From: Chrysomallon squamiferum
Lineage: Eukaryota > Animalia > Mollusca
DNA: 64,000 nt
NCBI GenBank assembly: GCA_012295275.1
Contig: CM022665.1
Location: 42,098,001-42,162,000 of the forward strand
Reading direction: 5' to 3'
The position numbers and the translations under genes are program-made. This document shows, piece after piece, positions 53,864-64,000 of the stretch (the stretch's first letter is position 1; the number at the start of each line of letters is the position of its first letter). The notes beneath the pieces are model-generated. The model did no database searches, was not told the origin of the DNA, and saw nothing but the letters and a program-made list of their open reading frames with translations.

Positions 53864-54978
53864 CATCATCATCATCATTACCATCCTTTTTGTTTTCTAC
53901 AGTCAAGAACCACTTGTACTTACACTGATAAAGATTTCGTTTCTATTATGCATCAAAACTATAATCTTCGATAAAAAAAATCTTCACTCATTAATTGAGT
54001 TTAATTAAGTGATTTAACAGTTCACCGTCCATTAGCATCCATCTTATCAAAAGTGTTAACCTTGGTTCTAAGTCATCTGTTCTTTTGAGTTCATTTAGAC
54101 CAATGCTTTTGCTTTTCAACCCAGCCCCCTTATCAGTGTGGAGTACTTGGTAAGAGAATGTCAACAAGTCTTTCCTTCCCATACAACACAATAGCTTGCT
54201 GATACACATTCTTGTTGCTGTTAATCAGAGGATTTCCTTTAGAGAGATCCAGGGACAGAGGTCCATCTGTTCAAGTCTTTGATGTTGATTTTTTTTTTTC
54301 CTTCTTTTTCTAAGGACAAGGATAGTTGTAATCTTCACCTTGACTTTGTTGGCTGTAACAGATTTGTGTGTCAGTTCAGATTAGCATGTAATACATAAGG
54401 TGGCCAATTAATGATTGTTTTTTTGCCTTGGATGTTTTTTTTTTCTTTCTTTCTTTTTTTTTTTTTTTTTTTTTTCATTTCCTCTTCTTTTTGTTCATTT
54501 TTTTTTTTTTTTCTTTTTTTTTTTTTTTCTTTTCACACTTTGTTTTTCATTTTTTTTCTTTCATATTTTTCTTTAAAATATATTTTTTTTTTTTTTTTTT
54601 TTTTTTTAAGGACACATTCTTTTTCTTCTATTTATTTTTATTTTTTTTTTTTTAACTATTTTTTTATTTATATTTCAGTGCAATAACACTATAGCATGAA
54701 CTAAATATAAACTCTAAAAAAGAAAAGAAAAACTTGTTTAGAGAAATACTTCTTTTCTTGCCAAGAATAATTGTTCTTTTTTTCTTTTTTTTAATGCTTG
54801 TAAGAAATAGATGTAACATTTGGGATATGAGTATAGACATTTGGCATGCAAATCAGTATTTGTGCAAAATGAGCATAATATTTTTTTTATTTGTGAAGTA
54901 AACAGGAGTCTGAATCCCTTAGTAATTTTAGTCTTGATTATTTGTTCTCAAATTTACCTTATTTATTTATTTATTTAC

Positions 54979-55010
<32 letters not shown>

Positions 55011-55384
55011 TTTATTCATTTATTAGTTTCTTTTTTTTATTTAATTATTTTTTTTTTTTTTTTTTTTTTTTTTTTATTTATTTTTTTAGTTCCTTTAGTT
55101 TTTTGTGTGAGTGTGTATTTTCCAAAAATTTCCTGTTTACCATCATTTGAAATATTTTGCTATATGACTATATTTGTAAAAAAATAAACCTAAAAACATC
55201 TACAACAAACTGTAATGCTTAAGAACTAAAATCACTACAGTGAGCAGCCTGTTCTCCATCAGTTTACATTTCAAGCTGAACGAACCAAACGGCAGTCTAT
55301 CAATAACTGGTTTCCAGCGAGTCGTTTAACTTGAATAGCTGATCTTTTATCTGTCATTACTTCAATTATGTGTCTGCTTTAAAT

Positions 55385-55525
55385 GAAATCATAGTTTCCC
55401 CTTTCATTGATTACTGCTTTAATTATGTAGGATATATGTTTTTTTCTTTAAGTGCAGTTATAGGAATGAACCATTTAAGTTGTTAATAGTTTCCCATTTC
55501 ACAGGTCACTTGTTTTAATTATGTA

Positions 55526-55565
<40 letters not shown>

Positions 55566-55795
55566 CTTTTAGTGAAATCATAGGAATGAGACATTTAAGT
55601 TCTTAATAGTTTTCCCATTCACTGGGCATTGGTTTTGATTATGTAGGATATATGTTTATAATTTTAAGTGGAATCATAGGAAAGAGCCATTTAAGTTGTT
55701 AATAGTTTCACATTTCACTGCTCATTGGTTTTAATTATGTAGGATATATGTTTTTAACATTAAGTTGGAATCATAGGAAAGAGATATGTTTTTAC
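55385..55795. repeat. Degenerate tandem repeat, about 95-120 bp unit x4
   Basis: ATTATGTAGGAT...ATAGGAA.GA..CATTTAAGTT.TTAATAGTTT repeated. Confidence 0.85.
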
Positions 55796-56224
55796 TTTAA
55801 CTGAAATACAAGATGGTAATGCAAAGATATTTTGTTATTAAAGGGTCATTTAAGACAACATCAGAATATCTTAAATGTTTAACTTAATACAGAATTTTTT
55901 TTCTTCTTCTAGTACTTTTCTTTTAATTATTCTTTTTTTACTTTTTTTTCTTTGCTGCTTCTATTTACTAAAGGCCTAAAGTGTTGTTTTATGTTGTAAT
56001 TTATTTTAAGGAAAAAAAAAAGATGAGAGGATTTCTTTTAAGTTGGAATTATTACTGCAGTGCACATAATATTCATCAAGAGTTTGAAATAACTTAAGTT
56101 CAAAGCAGTTTTAAGTAATATTTAAAAATTAAAAATAAAGATAATAATCCTGTCCCACATTATATTTTATAATATTAAAACCTCTACTGATACTATTAAA
56201 CTTTGTAAACATCACTTCTGTTAA

Positions 56225-56434
56225 GGAGACAGCTTCAAGTCAGTCTAACAGCTCATAGCTGAAGAGCTTTGGTTTTACTGGATCAATACCCTTTAGTGTA
56301 ATCGTGAGATTATTTCCCAATCCAACTAGTACTCTACTTTTTAACAGCCATTATATATATGCATTATTCATTTGCACTAATCAGTAAAAAAAAAACCATT
56401 CCTTGCTGCTAACCTGCTCGAGTAGCCCATGCAA

Positions 56435-56437
<3 letters not shown>
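56225..56437 (+). mobile_element. Decayed SINE copy, same family
   Basis: GGATCAATAC at 56280 and CCTTGCTGCTAA...GAGTAGCCCATG at 56401-56431. Confidence 0.5.
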
Positions 56438-56532
<95 letters not shown>

Positions 56533-59204
56533 GCTCAGTCACTATGTCTGTCTTTCTCTTTCTCTCTGCATGTATATGTTTCTCATTGTATGTCAGTATG
56601 CCAAAATCATATAATCTATTAACAAAGTTCATTTTGATTTTGTGAAAGATTTAGTGTGCCAGATGAAAGAATATGTGGCTGTTTGTTTCTCTCTAACAGA
56701 TCTGTTCGCATGTTGTACAGCATGACTTAGAGAAGAGTTGTGAAAGAGGCAGACTCAAGCATTTTTGTATCTTCTTTAAGAGAACTTACAGTTTCCACTG
56801 TTTTAAAAACATCATAGAAATAGTGTTTTTTTGTTTTTTTAAACCTACTTTTATTAAAATGTTCATTATTATGTTTTGTATATAGGTATGTATGTGTGTG
56901 TATGTATGTATTTACATGTTTGTACATGTGTTGTGTGTGTGCATGTATACACGTTTGTATGTATATTTGCAAGTTTGTGTGTGTGTATGTGATGTGTTTT
57001 AAGTATGCGTATGTATGTGTGCATGCATCCGTGTGTATGTATGTATGTATGCGTGTGTATGTATGTATGTATGTTTGTATATATGTATGTATTTATAAAT
57101 GCATGCATGCATGTATGTATGTGTATGTGTGTATGTATGTGTATATGTATATGTACTGATTATAGTCCTACACATAAGATAAATATACTTATTTTGCAAT
57201 GAATAAAAATTGAAAATCTGTCACAGATTAACATACTGGTTTCTATACTGTGTAGCTGCTACAAAATGTAAGAAAATTATCTTGTGATAACTTTTCCAGC
57301 TAAGTGAACTTGAAACATGAAAATAGGCTTACTTAATTATCAAATTTGTTGCCAGATATTTTATGTGTGTACCTAAAGCCAATTTAACTTGTTTATAAGA
57401 TCCGAATATCAAAACATATGTAAACGATTCAGACAAAATGATATTAAAGATCTCACAATATTTGCAATTTATTTTTCCTTTCTTTTTTTTCTTTTTTAAT
57501 GAATATATTACCAGTTTCAACTTATCTCTGTATATTTTCTGAAACAACTTTCACTATCAAAAAAAAAATAAATAAATAAAAAAAAATAAAGAAACAGTTT
57601 TTTTTTAAAAATAATCATTTGATATATGGAGGAAAAATTCAAGCCAAGTTTTGCTTGTTTTTGTTAGATATTCTGATCCAGACAGGAATTTAAAGTGTAA
57701 TTTAACCAGTGTTTCTCCATGAATAAATTCAGCATATTAAATGCCAATGGTTTTAATATCAGTACATGACCTAGTACTCATGCGGTTGTGTAAACGTGTG
57801 AAAACTGATAAAGATGTATAGAGCTTATGTTACAGATATGAATGATAAAAACAGATTTCATAATGTGGTAGTTCCCACCCTCCACTTTACTCCATGTAGT
57901 CAGTTACTCCATCCTTCCCTTTATTTCATTCTGTGTTAACTCCCACCTTCTTCTTTGCTTGCATCAACCTGCGTCTGTCAGACAGTTATTGTCATATGGG
58001 CAGTTTAAGTTCTTTTTTTAGATCCTGCAGATATTTTACTGTGTAGAAGACATATCAGACTGCTTTATGTTCATATTAAGTATCTTGATATGCAGTCATA
58101 ATCTCTACAATTTTTATTACATGTTTGTTAATGTTGTAGCTTTAAGTAGCTTTTATCCATAGAAATATTAGATTTTTTATTAAATTATAAATTTAGTTTA
58201 ACATTTTTTTATTATTGGTTTTTGGGGACTTTTTTTAAAAAAAAAATTTTTTTTTTTTTTTTTTTTATTTTTTTTTTTTTTTTTTTTTTTTTTATTATTA
58301 TTTTTTTTTTTTTTTTAATTATTGTTTTCTTTTTGTTTTATTTTTTAATTCTTATTTTCTTTTCTTTTTCTTTTTTTAATTATTATTTTCTATTCATGTT
58401 GCACAGCCATGCCACTAAATGTTCAGCTATTAAAAAATTAAAGAAGAAGAATTTAAAAAACAAATAATTTAAAAAAAAGTATTATTATTATTTTTTTTTT
58501 TTTAAATCATTGTCTTCTTAGCATTTTAAAATTTAATTTCTTATATAAATGAATTCTGTAGCAGAGTTTCAGAGAACAGGAAGTGCATATTTTTAATAAT
58601 CTGTTTTTCTTGTTTTCTTGATCCTTCCTTTTTATCTCTCTTATTTTAATCTGTCTTTAACTATATTTCACTGAACCTTAAACAGAAAACTGCCTTGGGT
58701 ACTTTATACCTTTTTTTTTTCTTCTTTTTATGGAAACTTTAAAAAAATGTATTTAATCCAATGTCTTTTCTGATTTAACAGTGAATTACACATGCATTTT
58801 GCTGAAGGAAACAATTATTTAAACACGAATGATTTATAGTGTTTATATTTAAAAACTGGTGAATCATTTTATGTCTTAGCTTTTTTCTTTTTCTTTACTG
58901 GTTTATTTCTTTAAGCATAATAAAACAGAGTATTTAAAATGTCTGATACATGCTTCAAAATCTTTCTTTTACCTGATTTATTGTAATGTAGTAAAAAAAA
59001 ACCTAATATTTCCAGGATTATGGTGCAGACTCTAGTTCTGTTTTTACAGTGATTTGGTCCTCCGATCTATCTTACTCAGTAAATCTATTGTGCCTTTTCA
59101 TGTTCCAGCCTGGACTCTGTAACTTGTTTAATCATAGGATTAGAGCTAAGAGAATGAAACAGACTAATATGCATGTCACCTGATGTATCAGAATCCATGG
59201 ATGA

Positions 59205-59640
59205 GGATGGTGGGTCCTCTGATCTATTCTCTTCACTAAACCCATCATTCTGTTTTGTATTCCTTTCAGTGCTACATTAGTTGTTTATCAAATTCCCATA
59301 ACACTGTAGTTTTTCACCCATGAAAAGGTGCATCTGCAAGATTCTTTACTGCTGATGAAAACAGAAGAATCCATTAAATGGCAGCAGTAGGCTATTTCAT
59401 AATTTAAAAAAAAATTTTTTTTATCAGATCACATCATATGTTTTTACCACCCATGGCTAGCTGCATGGAAAAGATTCCTAACTGCTAATGAAAAAGAATA
59501 CCCCATTAAACGGCAGAAGCTAATTTCCTTCTCTCATTTTTCTTAATTGTCCTTAACCATAAACATGATGTGGTGTGAATGTAGATTGAAAATAAATATC
59601 TGCAGAATATCAGTAAATAAAATATGTATTCTTCATTCTT
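59205..59640 (+). mobile_element. Decayed tRNA-derived SINE (Nin/Deu-domain-like) with internal duplication
   Basis: Eroded B-box TGATCTATTCTC at 59220. Two copies of ...TGCAT....AAGATTC...ACTGCT.ATGAAAA...CCATTAAA.GGCAG (59318, 59452), then GTCCTTAACCATA and an AT tail. Resembles the molluscan Nin-SINE consensus as I recall it. Confidence 0.55.
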
Positions 59641-59762
59641 TAAGATTTGTAATAATAAAGTAAATCATATCATAACTGATTATCATTCAAATATGCCCTG
59701 CTAAACATTTGTGTTTCTGAAATAAAATTTTTTTTAAATTAAATATTTATGTAATGGTGATT

Positions 59763-59813
<51 letters not shown>

Positions 59814-60337
59814 TATTTTTGTTCCCATCAGTTTTGTTCAATTTTTTTTTTATACAAGATAAAATTCTTCAAACCTATTTAAGCCTTCAAGCAAGGCTAA
59901 AAATGTTCACAAAAACAGCTCCCTTTTCTTGAAATTCACTTTCGTTTTCTTTAACTTTCTAACAATAAATTAAGAATTACAATTGTATGAGAAAAGTGAT
60001 ATGATTAGTATACTGACTGATCTTTAAGCGATCAACAGCTAAATGTTTGAATTATCAAAAGATAAGCTTAGGCTCTCTTGTCTGGTTTATTTCTCATTGC
60101 GTTTTATTTACCTTTTTGTCAGAAGAGTGGAGTAGTTTGTGGCACAGACAGCTGAGGCAGATATAGAGTTTGTTGTAAACAGTGGCAGAAGTGGATTTCA
60201 GACATCATTATTAAAATCAGCAGACATGATGGGGTCTTCTAGAACAACCTTTACAAAACAGCCATTTTATTTTATGTTTCTTTTTTTATTATTTTTATCA
60301 CCATTTCTTTTTTTTTTTTTATCAAAGGTTTCGTTCA

Positions 60338-60382
<45 letters not shown>

Positions 60383-61029
60383 GAAGAAACATTATGAGAT
60401 ATACTTGTTTTGAAAAGTTTATGCTAGTATCCATATATTTTGTGTTTTAGACCAAAGGTGTTTATGTTAGTATTCTAACTTATGCTTGCCTGGCCAGTGA
60501 AACTTTAATCAAAGCAGAAAAACTCGACTCAGTTTAATAGAAAAGTCATTGCTCCCAAAAAATGAAAAAAACCCAGCTTACTGCAAAATGAATTTGTTAT
60601 CTTACATTTATCTATGATGTTTAAATTAACCTTTTTTTTCTTTCTGTTTTTCCACTTTACACCTTTTATTTTTTATTTTGAATTTTTTATTTTTTTATTT
60701 TTTTATTTTTTTTTATTATATATGTTTTTTCTCTCTTTTTTTTTTAGTACATATCCATTATTTTTATTTTTTTTTTTTTTTTTAGTATATATCCATTTTT
60801 TTTTTTTTTTTTTTTTTCCTTGCCTTTTTTTCTTCTTCTTTTATCTTTGCTTCTATTTTCATTCATCTGGATAATTTTTTTTCCCACTGTTTTGTTTTCA
60901 TTTTTGTTTATTTGTCTTCAAAAAACAATGTTTATTTCTGTCAATCATATTTTGCCCTGCATTTGCCTAATTACCGTGCATGGTCACAAAGTGGAATAAA
61001 CAAAACAAACACTTGTGTGGGGGGATAGG

Positions 61030-61132
61030 GTGTTTGTATGTGTCTTTACAAATGTGGATGTATCTCTCTCTGTGTGTGTTTTGTGTGAATGTATGTGTGG
61101 GCCTGTGTGTGTGTGTTTGTATATTTGTCTGT

Positions 61133-61173
<41 letters not shown>

Positions 61174-61188
61174 TATATATATTTGTAT

Positions 61189-61220
<32 letters not shown>

Positions 61221-61820
61221 CTGTCTGTCTGTCTGTCTGTCTGTTTTGGTGGATTCCTGCAATCCACTCAGTGTCACTGCTGGATTGTATTTATGAGTTA
61301 ACCAAAGATGATAGACATTTTGCTTGTGGATGAAAGGGTTAGAGTTCTGAAAAAAAAGAATCAGTTATGTATCCAAATGCTGTTACCTGAGGAGTAAGTA
61401 TTAGAGGCTTACATATTTCACTGTGTTTGAAATATCTTCATGTCTAGTCAAATGATGTGAGAAATCTGTGGTGTAATAACTAAACATTGGAAACAGTCCA
61501 AGTAGGGTAGCATGGAGAATTGATCAAGTTCCCTGTTAGACCTCAGGCAATCTGGCTACCAGTGACCTGCATGTTTTTTTTTTAATAAATTGTATGAAGC
61601 AGTTATCAGCAAAAAATAATAATTTTTTTGTATGAGTGTGTGTGTGTGTGTGAGTATGTTTGTGTGTGTGTGTCTCTGTGCATGTCTGTGTCTGTATATG
61701 TGTGTGTGTCTGTTTATGTGTGTCAGTGTTTGTGTCGGTATGTGTGTGTGAGTGTGTGTTTGTGTGTGTGTTTGTGTACCTGTGTGTGTGTCTTTGTGAG
61801 TGTTTGTGTGTGTGTGTGAA
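61030..61820. repeat. Two degenerate (TG)n tracts (61030-61245, 61630-61820)
   Basis: Direct reading. Confidence 0.93.
61480..61565 (-). mobile_element. SINE head fragment, same family
   Basis: GGAGAATTGA at 61514 matches 19505; GAAACAGTCCAA resembles GAAATAAGTCAA upstream of the 19.5-kb copy. Confidence 0.3.
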
Positions 61821-62016
61821 AGAGAGAGATCTGGCATGAAATGGGTAAACAAACTATCGCAGGTGTTGGGATTATGTGAGAGATTTTGGGATTTTTAAAA
61901 ATATTTGTTTTTAATTATTTGATTCATTTACTAAAGTAAAATTGCAGATGAGACTAGAACTGTTTCATTTATAAATGATTTCATAAATTATTAATCATTT
62001 TTATTTCTTTCTTTCT

Positions 62017-62055
<39 letters not shown>

Positions 62056-63374
62056 CATACTTATTTAGTGATTTAGTCAGTTATATAAACTGTCATTTTA
62101 AGAAAAATCATGGGCTATACAAAAATAATAATTCATGATGAGAAGACCTTTGAATGCTGAAATAACTATTAATACTTTACATACATATTTTTTCAAGCCA
62201 AGACACATATTATTGGATACTTTGGCTCCATTTAGCAAGCTTGTTATCATGAATGTATTTATTCTGTGAGAAAGATTGTTGTGATTGAAAATAAAACTTG
62301 TTGTTTCATTTCATTAAAAGATGCTTTCTGTTGGACACAATTAGCTTCTAAATGTGAATGGTACTGCTTCAGAAAGATACAATCTTGCAGACGGTATCTC
62401 TATAAAATACATACAGATTGTAAATAAATAATTACAAGAAGAATTGGACCATGAATACACCAGATATGTTTGATTATTTTTCATAAATAAATACATTCCT
62501 GGCACCTACTGTCGTACAAAATACTGGAAAAGATGTTTATATGTTTTTAAAATTTTATTTATTTATATTTGTTTGCCAAAATGCCAAATATTTGTCTGTA
62601 AACAAGTGGGTTGAAAAATAGTTGCATCATATTTGGTGATGCTTTAAACTGGAATTTTTGTTTTTTTAAAACTTTTGCAGAGTGTTCGTAATAATGCGTT
62701 AAATTATTTTTGCCTCTGTCTTTTTTTTTTTACAGTTTCTAAAACATCCTATATGAAAATGTAAAATATATAACTTCTAAATGACAAAATAAATCAATTA
62801 TACTCATATCTGGTTCATATTTTAGAGGGTCTTCTTGTCTTTTGTTGTTTTCATTATTGCTATTATTATTATTATTATTATTATCATCATTATCATTACT
62901 ATCATCATCATCATCATCAACTTTTTTTCATTCTCTTTTTATTATTATGTTTTTTCTTTTTTTTATCTTTTTTATTTATTCTATATTTTATTCATTTATT
63001 TGTTTATTTGTTTTTCTCTACTATTTTCATTGTTTTAGTAACTTGAACTTTGGCTTACAACAAACACTTCATTCAAAATATTCAGCAAGATAATTACCTA
63101 TCTTAAATGAACTATAATGCAAGATTAATCTGTAAATATGTCCACATACTTAAATTTGGCTATGGACATAAATAATGGATCGTGTTGGGCTGAGAATTTC
63201 TTTGAAGTTTTTGCAATGAAATGTTAGCAAACACTTAATTATTTACTTATGAAACCTGAATGAGGATATAAAAAAAAAAATCAGAGAGAGAAGTTTAATA
63301 TCAGTTTACTGTATTTTTATTTTTATTCTGGGTGGAAATGTTTTTGTATTAACCATTAAGTAAAGTGAATTCTT

Positions 63375-63407
<33 letters not shown>

Positions 63408-63907
63408 ATTATTATTATTATTATTATTGTTTTGTTGTTGTTGTTGTATTAACTTTGTGTCTGTGTGTCTGTTCTTATCATGAAAATTTATAAGTAATCC
63501 AGTAACTGTGAAAAGGTAGGTGATGGCAGTTTCTTGATGCTTATATCAGAAAATTATCCAAATGTTTGTCAAGTATAAAACTTTTAAATCTAAAAGATTT
63601 GCCTAGAAGTGTTTGATGAAGTCAGATATTGTATCAGGCATACTTTAAACATTTCTGTCATGGAAGCATGCAAAATTACCCATTCCCATGTTGCACAAGA
63701 TTCAAAAATGATTTGATTTTTATAAGATATTTATTACCAAGTTCTGTAATATCCAGTGTGTTCATGGCTGTCTGGTGTAATTAGGTATTTCTTTGATGTT
63801 TTGTTGAATAGACTGGGACTGATGACCTGCTGGGGGTCAGGTCAGTGCATTACTTTTCCTGTCTGGCTGACTGCTTGTTATTGTCCATTGTCACAGTTGT
63901 ATGTATG

Positions 63908-64000
63908 TGTACCACAGTCACTCACGTACCACTGTCACACTTGAGCCTGTACCACAGTAATACTTGTATCTTTACCATAGTCATACCTGTAGCTGTACCA
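63908..64000. repeat. Start of a ~23-bp minisatellite running off the window
   Basis: GTACCACAGT(C/A)A.AC(T/C)TG variants x4-5. Confidence 0.65.

Noticed and set aside
60123-60260. Complex sequence after ctttttgtcag| as the next papilin exon
   Set aside because: The phase-1 frame stops after 14 codons and shows no Kunitz/Ig motif or donor.

Overview
AT-rich, microsatellite-dense animal genomic DNA, probably a mollusc (inferred from the decayed Nin/Deu-type SINE remnants and a mosaic CpG pattern, not from a database search). The main feature is the 5' part of a + strand papilin (ADAMTS-like/Kunitz extracellular-matrix) gene. I can join 14 coding exons from 26124 to 51959 with consistent GT-AG phases (2053 nt, about 684 codons). 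They encode a signal peptide, TSP1, an ADAMTS Cys-rich domain, a spacer, three more TSP1 repeats, one GCCPDG Cys-repeat and two Kunitz domains. The gene is open at the 3' end, and no further exon is recognisable in the last 12 kb. The most notable observation is that the intron end in front of the double-Kunitz exon is itself an ATG-initiated, in-frame, signal-peptide-like sequence preceded by a CpG-retaining island, which suggests a nested secreted Kunitz-only product. Also seen: degenerate tandem repeats that copy real splice acceptors, candidate micro-exons, a 100-bp tandem array, two YY1+CLEAR-box islands (one with a candidate minus-strand first exon), a structured 111-nt GC island and many simple repeats. 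Nearly all ORFs in the supplied track are microsatellite artefacts.
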